A program made the translations under genes and the position numbers. A stretch of 64,000 nt of DNA from Trichoplax adhaerens (Eukaryota; Animalia; Placozoa). The stretch covers positions 1,449,983-1,513,982 of the forward strand of contig NW_002060948.1 of NCBI RefSeq assembly GCF_000150275.1, written 5' to 3'. Each line of letters opens with the position of its first letter. Positions within the stretch are counted from its first letter, which is position 1. The notes under the pieces are model-generated. The model had not been told where the DNA came from. It saw nothing but the letters and a program-made list of their open reading frames with translations, and made no database searches. Positions 1-13,500 of the stretch are shown piece by piece.

Positions 1-286
1 CTGAATCATTTTAACTAGCATACTAATATCATATGAATTGCACTCCAAATTAAGACTAATAATATATAGAATATGTGTTAATACCGCCTATATCCTGCGT
101 ATTGCATAGATAAGCGTGCTATGGTACAGGTTACCTAAAAAAGATGCTTGCGCCATCATAAATCCAATCGACTCTATGATATACATATGCGTACAGTATA
201 GCTATTGATTATATACTACAATGAAATACATTTTGTTTTAGCTTCATGTTTCTTGCCTAATATTATCTTGTCCTCTTTCATGTTAG

Positions 287-2740
287 TGAAAAAGCTCTAA
301 TAAATGTAAATAATCGCGGAATTGAAGGAGCGATCGATTGGTAAGATGCTAGAATATCGTATACTTCTCGTACATAACATATATAAAATATACAGTATAC
401 TACCGTTTCATGAAATTGAACTTACTGCTAGTTATTGTGTCCGTTACTTTGTACAAGTATACTGCTATAAAATATATTTATTAACAAAACGCTGGATTTG
501 GTAGTTAATTCGCATCATATTTTGTAGTTACCATGATTAAATCGCTAGTATTATGCTGATGTCTCTTATTTCCGAATAGGATAATGGCTCATACAGACTC
601 TAATGATCAATCTACAGATCCAACCGCAAGCGCGAATATGCAAAGTAATGTCACAGTATTAACAAGGATAAAGTGCCTACTTTATGAGCTTACAGAATTG
701 AAATGTTTTTGAAGTTGATAGATACAGTATCGGGCTTTAACAGAATTTGGATTAAAATTTATTACTATAATGTATCACTATATTATTATCCTACAGTATA
801 TAGCGATATTATTCTTGAACTATTATCAACTACTTTAACGAGAGCTTTGCTACTAAAATGCTGACACCCTGGGGTTGACAATTAGCCATATTGTCTATCA
901 TTTGAATGTACAGTAGACTACTCTATAATCATTTTTAATAAGTATGTTGCATGATTTTTATGATAATTTGTAGGCCAGGAAGGTCAACCTAGCAGCGAAA
1001 CGACTGTAAGGCAATATATAAATGCATAATTTATATTAGTCTAAATTATAATCAGGCTGTATTGCAGTATTTAAAATGAATGAAATCTACTGATTGCTTA
1101 TTCGTATAATACCCGTGCAATATTATAGGCAGAAACCAATCGTCCGCTAACGGAAGAAGAAAAGAAAGAAAAGCTAGAGAAGTAGGAGATAATGCTTTAA
1201 TCTACATTTAAATATTTATGTCGGAGAATGTTAATACCACATAATTTGGCATCTACAGTATTGTAAATCCCGAATTCACCTTTTATATCTTAGACTGGAA
1301 TCTAAAATTAAGGAAAGACGTAGACTGCGAGAAGCTGAAGAACGTAAGGTAATCTTTGATTTGAATTATATAGGCAAATGCAAGGACTACTAGAAGAGAG
1401 TACATCGAAGGTTCTCTTCTAGTAATTTTTGGTAAATAAAGCAGAGTTGAGTTTGTAGAAACAATTATTCTGTCACGACTAATTATAGTATTAAACGCAT
1501 ACTATCTTAGTTTTTATATAACTATGAAAATTTGAATATCCGTTTTACGATGTTAATTATATTACCATAAATTGATAGCTTGAGAAAGATCAAGAAATAA
1601 GTCGTCGGGAATCTGGCAAAATGATTACAGATGTTAAAAGAAAGTATGCTTACATTAGGCATATAAATAGTAATTACAGAATCAATAAACAAAACTATAA
1701 ATTTGTTGCTTTTTATTGAAAAATTTAGAGTTGAAATCAAAGAAATGCAAAAATTAGCAGAGCAAAGAAAGAGAGAAAAGATGGAAGATAGATTAGCAAG
1801 GTAAATAATCTCTATGTTGCTACCGTAGCTATTGCATTTACTTATGCTTATTATGTATTATGGATAATAATTATACTATATTTAATCCTATAAATGCCGA
1901 AGAAATGTTTCATATAATTTAAAAGTTAATAAGTACCTTTTGCCCGCATTAATTGTAATTGCGACTAAAATTCTTTCAGGGAAAAAGTGAAGGCTATGAT
2001 CGCTGAAGATAGAGCAAGAGTAGGTTTAATCAATATCAAGCTGTTTTAGCTTATTTTGTAGACACGTAGCTGTAATTTAAGTGAGTGAATGATTCAATAT
2101 ATTAATGATGCAGGCAAAAGGCAAGCCTGACACAACTAACAGTGTTACTAGTCAGCAAACATCTACCAAAGTCGAATCTTCCACTGAATCAACTGTCAAA
2201 AAGGAATATACAAATTGTCGTATACAGGTTTTATAGTCGCTTTTTGATATTGTCTATATTAGTATCGTATAATATTTAATTTTATAAAACCCATTATAGT
2301 AAAGTTGCTACTGATTCCATTTTCTTTTTACTATAGGTTCGCCTGTCCAATGGATCAAATATTTCTGCAACCTTTGACGTAAATGATACGATTGCCACAG
2401 TTATGGATTTTGTGAGAAAAAACAGAACTGATGGTGACTGTCCGTTTAACCTAATGACAACATTTCCGCGTAAAGTTTACTCAGAAAACGACATGGACAT
2501 GACAGTCAAAGATGCAGGTAACTTTTACTCATTTCGATTAAACTGTAAATTAATTATATATTATTGCTATGTAGCTTGTCTATATGAAACGTAATAAAGT
2601 ATCCGTCCGAGAAATACTCGTGTTGCTACTTATGAAAGCTATTATTTGATATAAAAATTTCAATTTGTAACCCTAACTGTATTTTTATGCTTTTGCCAGG
2701 ATTTGTTCCATCGATATCCTTGGTGTTAAGGAATATGTAA
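287..2740 (+). CDS. UBXN1: UBX domain-containing protein 1 (UBA-coiled coil-UBX p97/VCP adaptor), multi-exon; first exon lies upstream of the window
   Basis: Spliced exons read EKALINVNNRGIEGAIDW (UBA end, 287-340), RPLTEEEKKEKLEK, EKDQEISRRESGKMITD, EQRKREKMEDRLAREKVKAMIAEDRAR, then a UBX domain KEYTNCRIQVRLSNGS...FNLMTTFPRKVYSENDMDMTVKDAGFVPSISLVLRNM* (TAA 2738-2740). Introns are GT-AG. Matches the UBXN1/SAKS1 layout. Confidence 0.9.
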
Positions 2741-4083
2741 TTCTTTCATCTTAAAGATATCACACTGTCGTGGATACGAACATAAAATGTATCATAAAGC
2801 CATGCCAGAGATAATTTACATTTTACATCACTTGTTAACTGATAGTGCAAGTTTTTCTACCGCTGAGTTTGGCAAGTTTTCATTTAATGGCAAAGTATAA
2901 TTGTCCTAATTCGATAATATTTAGTACTGGATTGTTCATTATCCAGCAATTTGATTTCAAGAATTCATTCAAATATCATATAAGTGAACCTGCTGTATTG
3001 CCTGTGGTATAAGAAGCTATCATGAGATGTTTGATCAGCTTCTTATTGTAAATAAGCGTGTAGACTTGTCTTGATGCATAGTTGTAATTTTAATGAGATA
3101 AATACATTGATATCGTATAAGATGGTCGATACACTGTGCTATTAGTAGCTGACTAAGGCTATATTCCTGGTCAGTAAGATGCAGTCTTATTCAATTCACT
3201 ATGCTGTGAAAAGACAAAAACGACACGAGATATATTTTGGATGCGCTATATCAACTTTATTTAACAGGTATATTTGATATGGTGTGAGGCAGTGAGTTAT
3301 TGTCATGTGTTATAGAGAAGCTAGGCGTTAGAGGACTATAAGACATCTGCTTATTTTATCCACATAATTTTATATTTATACGTACATACGCATTACTATA
3401 TCGTCGTTAACATCTACGTTTATAACTTGAAATCTCATCCATGGCAAAATTTCATAATTCATGCATTAATCCAATCACGATCCTACGATATAGCTCTCTT
3501 CGTGCCAACAATTTACCAATTATCGAGCTTGAAAATTAGGTTTAAAATGCAGTGATACACCTTGAATATCAATACTATTTCCATAAGAGGTGGTATCTAA
3601 TATTGAAATTGTCATTATTTCATGGTAATTATTTAAATTAATGAAGAGACCTACATCAACATTTTTAGTTCGGCCAAATTGAAATGTCCTTAATTCTTAC
3701 ATTAATACAGTCATAATTATGAACAAATTTCCTCCTATGCCAAGAAGTATAGACATGACCAAATTCTACGATAGGACTATGTACTTGCACTGATATTCAC
3801 TGTTCGTATAATTAAATTGAATGTTTTGACAGGTAGTAGTAGTGGCTTCTCCATGTTATTACTGCATAAGTAAATTCTGTTTAAGATAGCAAACTGATTT
3901 TTCTTTCGGCAAGACGAGTCTTGGATTGCTGTCGACAAGTCATACTTGTAAAGAAACCATCAAGAGGAGGGTGATGTCGGCACTTAACTAGATAGGATTT
4001 AAGAAATTTTATTTATGTAAGAAAACAAATCAAGGTTTATATTATTGACACGAAAGCAAACTAGCATCGAAGCTCCCTACTTG

Positions 4084-4270
4084 ATAGTTAAAATTAGCAA
4101 ATTTACTCCATGGTTGATTTAATTTGCATTCATTAGTCTATATCGTGATTAATATTTATTAATTGTATGATAGTAAATTAGCATTGAATTTCTCTATTCG
4201 ATAGTTAACTTTAGCAAATTTTCTCCAAGATTGGTCTTAATTTCATCCGGTAGTCTATACCTTGATTAAT
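4084..4270. repeat. Diverged two-copy direct repeat (~116-bp period), intronic
   Basis: gatagttaaaattagcaaatttactcca...agtctatatcgtgattaat at 4084 versus gatagttaactttagcaaattttctcca...agtctataccttgattaat at 4200. Confidence 0.7.
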
Positions 4271-4565
4271 GTCATTTGTAGATATAATATCCTTACTTGG
4301 GATATACAAGTATATTGTGTAATACGAAGGACGATATTTGCAGTATTTCCATATCATCCATCGTTGATTAACTTAACTGAACAATCTATTATATGCTCAT
4401 TAAGACATTGACACTTGATGCGTACCAGTAGTATTCACCTTTTATCATTATAACATGGACAGTACATTTATTTCTCTGCCTATTTCAACTATTAATAAAG
4501 TAGAACTTAGCTAGTAATCGTTGTAGTTATATATATGTGCATGCACTGTATTCACCCGTTTTGAC

Positions 4566-4880
4566 TTTAATATGTTACTTTAAAGTATCGCCTTGCTTGT
4601 AACATACTTTCTATTTACTTCCTTACTAATTTTAGTGATGATTTTATCCATCTGTTCCTTCAATATGTTGGTATAAAGTATCATCTCATTTCTAACATGC
4701 ACCGTATTTTCTTTCTTATAAATTTCGCGATAGTTTTATGGATCATTTCTTTCAATATGTTATTATAAGTATCGTCAGATTTCTAACCCACGGTGTATTT
4801 ACATTTCTATAGATCTTAACGTTGTTTACCCATTTTTTCTTTTAATATGTTGTCATTGAGTATCATCTTGCTTACTAGAA
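4566..4880. repeat. Diverged ~92-bp tandem repeat, ~3.5 copies
   Basis: Anchor ttYaatatgtt...agtatc recurs at 4566, 4659, 4751 and 4841 (periods 93/92/90). Confidence 0.75.
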
Positions 4881-7800
4881 GATACAATAAAGAATTTGGA
4901 TTCCTACTAATAACATTTTAATTACACACTCTATAACTTCACTATGACTCGTAGTATCTCCGCTTGACTTCTTTGCCAAGTAGAGTAGTAGCTTCGTTCA
5001 TGGATATCAATACAATAGTTTTCATATTTATAATTGTGCTGATAGAATTTTAGTATAGATGTAGTTATCAGGCGACTATAAGATTATAAACAATCATGTT
5101 AATTTCGTATCTTTGCGGCTATATCACGTATAAAACAGAACTTATCAAATTCTACTATAGGGATGTAATATGTAAACAATTTACTGAAAGCAGCGTTAAC
5201 TATCTTATAAATAGTGCTTTATAAAAGGCGTTCACGATCCACATTGAATAGCATGCATTTAAAATTGAAAAAAATTATTCTAACTAAACGAAATATAAAA
5301 TTGGCTTCCATTGCATTATTATTAATCATTTTCATATCCCTGGGATAACTTAAAATAAATTTCAAGTGCAAGATGAGTAATATACTATTTTCTAGTTTTA
5401 TATCATTCGATCATTTGACTTGCAATTGATGAATAAAAATAAGAATCACAAGAAGCTGTTAGAAAGATTAATTTTTATACTTGAATACCCAAATCGGCAA
5501 AGCTCGTTCCATGGACTAAGAAATTTTTATATCTATACGTACATATATAATTATGTCTTATTATTACTGATTTTAATTTTTCGTGCGAAATGACTTCCAT
5601 GATATAAATTAAAATCTTTCTATTACTTAGAATTTATGAATGAAAGAGATTGGTAAGAATGGATAGCAAAAAATGAGCCAAGGCTTGAGAAGTAACGATA
5701 ATAATTAAATTATCCTAGATTAAAAGTTTAAATCTATTTTCTCTCGATGTTGTGTCTAGGCGCAAGTGGTTATTAAACTGTGCGATTGGCTCTTCTCTTA
5801 GTAAGACGACAGGCTCATAATTGGCAAAAAATTGAATCATAACCGTGATGAAATAAACTTTAAAGTGAGTCAAATTGCATGAAATTAAAGTCAATTAGAG
5901 AACTTACTTTCTATGCATTGATAGATCGTTTCAACACCATCTTGAACTATCGATTTCTGCTTATGATTAGCTCCATCACATTCAATACTAGGGGCTGCAT
6001 TAGACCAATTGATCATCAATCCGATAGCAAGGATGAAAATTGCCAATCTGGTCATGATAGTCGTATTATTTGTCCAATGATTTTAAACCAATTTCAACAC
6101 AGATTTTTTCTGCTCTTCTTCTATCGTCAATCAGATAGATTTCAACTTTCAGCTGTCACAATTACAAATAATTATTTTGCTATCGTCGAGACTTTATTAA
6201 GGTGGGCAATAAAAATAATCAATAGACGCTTTAGGCGTGAGATCCAATATATCTGTGGTATATTGAATAAAAGACGATAAATAAAGACAATAACACTATA
6301 GTCAGTTTTGATTGGTAAATAGTCTTGGCAGGATATTAAGTTCTAGGTGCTATAGGATTCACTATTCCTCCATGAATTAAATATATTGTCTTAAATGGAT
6401 AATATAGGCTCGATTGAAGAATACTTGGAATGCATAAGAGTGGTGAGATCAAGGTCATGCTATGTAACTAAAGAAAGAAAAGAAACAATTTAGAGGATTG
6501 TAAAATTTCCTTTTACATCGTTATTCATCAAATTGATCATCTTGGTAGTGAGAAATAATAATAATCGTCATGACTAAAAACAATAACAAGACTAAAAAAT
6601 GGAATATTTCATTTTAGAAATGAAAATGAAACGATCGTTTTGGTAGTGAGAAATAATAACTGTTTTAATTAAAAATTAATAACAAAAGTAAATCAAAGCT
6701 GGATTGGAATGAACGATCATCGATCATACAGTTCGATAATAGTCTATTTTTATATTCATTAGATGATGGAATAAGTTATTAACTATAATAGTAGAAATAT
6801 CTATGCTGTAAGTCGATTTTTAATTCATTGATACTATTGGCAACCACATAGAATTGTAAAATAATGGTATAATATTAGGCTAGATAGATCGACTATAATA
6901 GTTAGAAACTCTTTGGATATATATTCATGTTGATTGTGAATGAATAACCTGCCGTAATAGTGCATGGATACTATTGGCAATTATTGAATAAAAAGGATAT
7001 CCAACCAGATAGATTGATTCATTAGGGATCCTATCAACTAGGTTCTGCTTTTCTTAGGTTATTGCTACTTTCTAGTAGCAACATGTTTGATAGATCAAAA
7101 TTGATCAAGGCAAATAATTTATTCTCGTTCCAAATTGCATATTATGTAGCACAAGCGAACAACCAAAGATACCCTTTGATAGCAGACAGATATCAAAAAT
7201 AACAATGACTGCTGTATTTTAAGTCTGTTTTTTTATGCCGGGCCCTTTCACGAAAAATAGCCTTATTATTTTTTATCTTTCCTTCCTTCCTATGCTATGC
7301 TATCGTTCGGTTGTTCTTGTTTTGAAATGACTTCAAATTATTCAATCTGTAGGTATTCTATTGCAAGTTAACTAAAATGTCAACTTCAAAAATAAACTTG
7401 TCATTAACTCATCCTTTGAAGATATTTATCGAAACAACTAAAAATCGTCAACAAAATATTATCTAAATGATACTATTTGTTATTTGTACCATTACGTCAG
7501 GGCTGGATGTTATTTTGTTGAAGGCCGGCAATAATAAAGCACTATTTATTCTGAGTCAGGTTTAGAAAGGAACTATAGAATAGGTAAAAAACATCTGCTT
7601 CCATTTGAATAAAATTATGATATCAATAGCCTAACTTTTCACTGGGTAATATGGGCGGTTGCTCTAATGGCGTGATCACCACTTAGAAACTGATTTAATA
7701 TAAAATACTTCTCCATATTGTCTTCAAAAGGAGATTCTACAATAAGCCACAGTATCGATAAGTTAACGCACTAATGCACACAATGAATCAATTGCTAGTG

Positions 7801-10587
7801 TCATAACTGCTTATTTTTCACATTAATTCTAATAGGATAATACTTAACCATTAAGTTATCTATAGCGAGCATTGCTGGCGTAGTTGTTTACGTTATCAGA
7901 GAATAATATCGATTGAAATAATGCTCTAAGCTAGGTAGAAATTTTGATCAACAATTTTCAAACAAGCAATATCTATGCAAGATTGATTGATAGATAGGAT
8001 ATTTAATGAAAAAGTTAAAATTCCTTCTGGCCGTTCTGTTCATAAGATTTATGTAATTATCGAATAAATATAAATGATCACTTCTCAATGTAGTGTATTC
8101 AGAATATACTGTAACTATATTCTACTCTTAAATATAGACATGTTGTATTGCTCTTATATTTAGACAGATCTACAGTCCGCTTACTCTACATTCATATATA
8201 GACTACTGTATTTAGTTATTACGGTACTCGCTGTTTTCTACAACCATCTGCTATTTTGTAACCTATTATGGTATATGTTGTATCTAATTCCACAATCCTA
8301 TTCTCTGCATGTGCTCTATCTTTAAAACTATAAATACCGGCGATTTCTACCTCAGAGTTCATTAGCCTCTCAGTTAGTCTTCTAGTTAGTCTCTCACAGT
8401 CTAATACTTCTACTCGTTACTCACGACAGCTTGCACGCTGATCTACCGTAACTACCTCACTGTACTTCACATTACTAACCTACAATAAAGCATAACTTTT
8501 ATAAACCCTTTGTTGTAATAATTGTAAATGGCGACTAAATCTCAATCCTCTGAGATATCGAACCCTCCATCACACTCAAAGTCTAAACAACATTGCTTTT
8601 GCTGTATTTTAATATGTCTTCTGGTTCGCCCGTATACTTATCGCCATAGAGTTTTTACACCCTTAATTTATCAGTTATTGGATCTGATTTCAATCGATGA
8701 GGTTGTTACATTAACTTGAAAAGCAATCTCTCCAGGATCATTTTGCTATCTCGAAGCGATTATTACACGAGTACTGTTTAGCAAATTAGACAAAATCAAT
8801 CCTTTTCCTACATAACAACAGTGGCTAAGGTATGATAAAGCCCAAGCGAAGTAAATTTTGTGATGTATTGAATCCTAAGTAAGGAAATACTTGATTACTA
8901 GAGAGTAAACAACTTCGCCAGTGGTTAATTAATTCAGTTCCGTGTGTTATAATAATTTATCACCTTGAAACAATGCTTTATGTATTTAATAAGGCATGAT
9001 GTGCTTGTTATCATAAATGGTGCAGTAACATTATACGAATGAATCACTATATTATACAAGCATGGGCTACTACAGTTCTAGGCTAGTTTATTAAGTACAG
9101 AATTACAGATCATACAAATATTTATTTTTGTGGTCGAGATAAAGCGTCTATGCAGCATAACTACTATACAAATAGATTTTTAATTATTTCTGTGCCTACG
9201 TATATCAGAAATTGCTTCTTTTAGCAATTAAGAATAGGCTGTCATATATCTGTGTATTACTCATATGTACAGTATATATTATATACATTATATGATTGGA
9301 GTCTAGATCCAGTACATGTGCTGCTCACATGGATTCCTAATTATAAGTATTGAAGTCTATATACAGAACCGGGACTGCTTCTCCTGCCTATTCTTATTTT
9401 CTCTGTCATAACATGCTATACAAGTATACATTGTACTAAATTCTTAATTATCTCAGGGTACATCGCAAAGATAAAGTATGAATAGAGCACTTGTGCTGTA
9501 TAAGACGGTCTCTCAATTATTTCAATGTACACGTAGAGTAATATTATATGTATCGACAGATAAAATGTAGATAAAGCACATGTGGTGTGTATAGGTAGGC
9601 TTTAACAAACCGCATTACATTATATCTAATCAACAGGAGTATTACTCTAAACCAGAATAATAATTATTAATAAATCCTAAACAGAATATTAGACTCTTCA
9701 CTTTAAGTACCCAATAAGAATCACACGTTGAAATAAAGCTGGATATAATTTTGTATTAAGTTCCTTCCAAGGTTCTCATCAATCAATTATATATTATTAA
9801 ATGTTGTAAAAATACATCATCGAAAACCAAAGAAACAGCAACCATTACATATACCACTATGAAATCTTATGTACAATAACTGGTATTATGAATTTTTATA
9901 TGTTCTGGTGTCAAAAATATATTAGATAGTTATACAGCAATATCTCAATTAGTATTTGCAAATATGATCACAGTAATCTCGCATAGATTATTAACAAATA
10001 TGATAAAATAATACAAGGTTTAAGAATTTGGATTACTTTACGATCGCCGATATTAAATAAACTATTTAAAAATATATTAATATTTAGTATGATAGAATTA
10101 TTCAATTAAGTTATACATATTACAGTATTGCTACATAATCAATGCACTGCACTTTCATCTAAAACATTAGGCTTTAATAATTACAGTTGAATATATATAA
10201 TCTTATAAAACATCCTTAAAAATATATGATTACAAACGTAGCCGTGTGTACAATGAGGCATTATATCGAGTCCTCATTCAGTCTCGACATATAATCTCGG
10301 TCATGAAATTCATATGAATAAGATGTTAGTAATTACTGCAGCAATAGCAGCTTGAATGAATCGATTTTGTTAGTTTCAACACAATCTGCATTTGCGGAAG
10401 CACTTATATTGTATAAGAGTTAGAATCGTAGTAGATGATAATCAATAAATTTGAAATCTTTTATCGGACACATAAAAGAATTTCGTTGAAAGGTAGACTT
10501 TAAACGCCGTGCTATAATTTATGAGATGCAACCACTCGATACATTATTAAACTCTCAAAAGAAGGATCAGAATTTCTAATGACCATA

Positions 10588-13500
10588 TTAACGTGTCGTT
10601 TTCAGACCCTGCAGAACTGGATCATATGAATGATGAAAATGACTATAAATATTTTCGGCACGTGTTAAACTGATAGCTTTCGCAAACATTTTTTCAAGTT
10701 CTTTCGGTGTTCTATCATACGAGATCATACATTAATAGCTAATAAAATCATTACATTTATTTTCTAATAATTAGAATATGATATGCAGTAGATATCACAT
10801 TATCTTACTTGTCGATGAATTCAGTCAAGCTATTAAATTTGGCGCATGTGTCAAGCGCTAAAATATAGCTTACACTCGGAATAGACATCATGATTTTAAA
10901 TAACTGTTACGATAAGGCAGATTAAGTCAAAACATTGTTACCCTGAATGATAAAAGTAAGGACCTGATTTACCTGCTCTTTTTCTCTGACTGGTTTCAGC
11001 GGAAAATCTATTTTGTAATTTTTCTTGCACTCAATAGCAGCAAGCTGGACCAATAAATTAGCAGTGTGTTCTGTACAGGGTATATTTAGGTGTAATCTGG
11101 TTAGTAAAATCAATATTTCCATCCGCAAATAAACAGCTAAAGCCTACCTTGGGATTCACTAAATAACAATTTCACGCGAGATAATGCAAGTGATGTGTAC
11201 GTGATACATAAATATTTTGTAATAAACCTGCGATATGAAGTTTTACATTAGCAAAATTCCGTAATGAATAAGGCTAATACTAGATTCATCTGGTAAATCT
11301 TTCTTAATACTTACTGTGTGTTGGTTTTCGAATCATCTACATTTTTACTTCTATCTTTTTCAATAATCAAGCATGATCTATCGTATAGTCCACACATATG
11401 CCTGATTCTATCTACAAATTTATCGTTACTACCACCTACTAAAGCTGTAATAAGAAAGGAGCTTTAGTATCATTAAATATTGATGTAGGATGTAGCATTT
11501 GAATAGGTTCATGTTTACATGATAGCAGCTGTCGTTCAACCCCCATTCTGGTGCTTAAAACGTACGAACAGCATTTTAAACTGCAAACTTCTGTTTTAAC
11601 ACGGTGCTTGAAACGCAATTCAGTGATAGTCTGTTAAATACATAATAATTTTTTAGCATACCATTTACCGTAAACATCAAAAACCAAGTTTTATGACATA
11701 AGTACTAAAAGTAAAGCTTTACAACTACCTACAAAAATAATCAAAGAAAATAGCTAATGGAATATACCTGACTATTACTCGAAAGCTCTCGCGTATCAAC
11801 TAAAATGGATAATTCGTTGTTTGATTTCTGTTCATCAATAGGTAAGAATTAGTTTTGCACTGATTATGCTAAATTTAAAAGTTAATTAGCTTATAAAAGA
11901 ATAGTGCACTTAAAATGACTCGTATAATTATTAACCTTCGTATCGGAAGAAAGAGAATAAAGTGAATTTGGCGCTTCAAAGTTTTTAACACTAGGCTCTT
12001 GTTTAGGCTTTACACTTATCGAAATTTTATTGTTATTGTCCATCTTATGAGACTGATCACCAATCGTCACCTTTGTGAATTCTCTCTTGTTACTGAAAGG
12101 TTTCGTATTATCTGTTAAGGGTATATCGATTCCAAGGCTGAAGTCAGGAACAGCTCTATAAAAATTTGTTATTAGTAAACAAGAATAGATTAAGAATATA
12201 CGAATAATATGTATTACATAACTAGTAAAGCCGACAAATAAATCTACTTTAACTCTTTCGATTTTATAAAACGTTACAGCAATCCCATGAAATTTGCATA
12301 CGTACTCATTGACAATTTCCTCATCTAACGGAACCGTAACTAGAGACTTAGATTGATCGGTTATTTCGATTACATTCGTCGGTGCAACATTATTAGAATC
12401 AACCATAGCTAAAACATCATCATCATCTATCCAATCATTTAATTCTAAATTAAAATTTCCAATTTCTTGTTCCTGATATAAATAAGAATAGTTAAAATAA
12501 AATAAATTATAATTCAATTAGCGCTTTATTATCATGAAGCTGCACACGCTCGCATAAATTCAATAATGCAAAGAGAATACAATCATCATAATAATAGTTT
12601 ATTTCTTTCACATAAATCGTGGTTGCAGCAACTTACTTCATTGGTGACGGGTAATACAGGACACTCATCGATATAATTGAACTTCATTTTATTCAAATAT
12701 TCATCACAATTCAAGGACGATGTAGTACATTCCTCAACTTTGTCTGACTTCAAATTGCGCAAATATTCACTGTCTTTTGTAGCTGATGTCGCACATCCTT
12801 TATCTTCATCTACATTAAATTTGCTTACTGTAGGAGCCAAAGCGTCCACAGTTTCTTCAACACTATTCCATGAGTCGTCTAGAACGGATTTTCGCTTTCT
12901 ACGCTTACTAATACCTATGCAAATTCCGTTATTGACATCACTTTGTACAGATTCTTTCGAGGCATTGTGACCATCGACTGATCTAGGAATATTAGTTTCC
13001 GGTGATATATCAACATTTCCTGAGTTGTCCATTATTATGGATTCGTCTTCGAGGTTACTAAGATTCCTACTTTTACGTTTTCTACTACATTTAGCTATTA
13101 ATTTACTTTCTAAATCATCTAATACATTTTCTGCTTGAGTTAAGTATTCGATAGCATCATCTTCGTTTTCAACACAAAAGCTATTATATTCATAGTCTGA
13201 TGAACAATCCGATCCTGTCTTTGGATCACCATCATTTCGATCATAAAGGTACTTTTTAACTTTCGTAGGGGTTGGCAATGGGTTATTTTCCTTATTTAGT
13301 ACAGATCTTAGTCGATGAGATGCCTGAAATTTTAGTTTACTTGATTTTCTACAATTGATGTTTGGACTGAATAGCGATTGCTGATAGACAGCTAGCATAC
13401 TCCCAGGAGAGGTATCAGCTTGCTAAATAAACAAACATTATCAGCATGTTTATTACTTATGTAAATTTTCGTAATAGTATTGCAAGGATTACATATTACC

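Larger units (their letters stand above)
3452..6055 (-). pseudogene. Disrupted multi-exon gene for a type I membrane protein: signal peptide, EGF-like, Sushi/CCP-like, TM, short basic tail
   Basis: Exon 6055-5908 reads MTRLAIFILAIGLMINWSNAAPSIEC...|GTAAGT. Exon ~4479-4297 has CPCYN..KCQCLNEHIIDCS and (frameshifted) YGKYCKY. Exon 3987-3701 reads KCRHHPPLDG..MTC..GEATTTTCQ..YQCKYIVLS*NLVMSILLGIGGNLFIIMTVL|GTAAG and splices in phase to 3527-3452 ISIIGKLLARRELYRRIVIGLMHEL*. Internal stops and frameshifts are present. Linking all exons into one gene is inference. Confidence 0.55.

Noticed and set aside
5879-6280. 133-aa plus-strand ORF
   Set aside because: No recognisable features; it lies antisense to a much more convincing signal-peptide exon.
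7000-10400. Long intergenic stretch with short ORFs (e.g. 8528-8719)
   Set aside because: No consistent exon chain, homology or repeat structure could be supported by eye.
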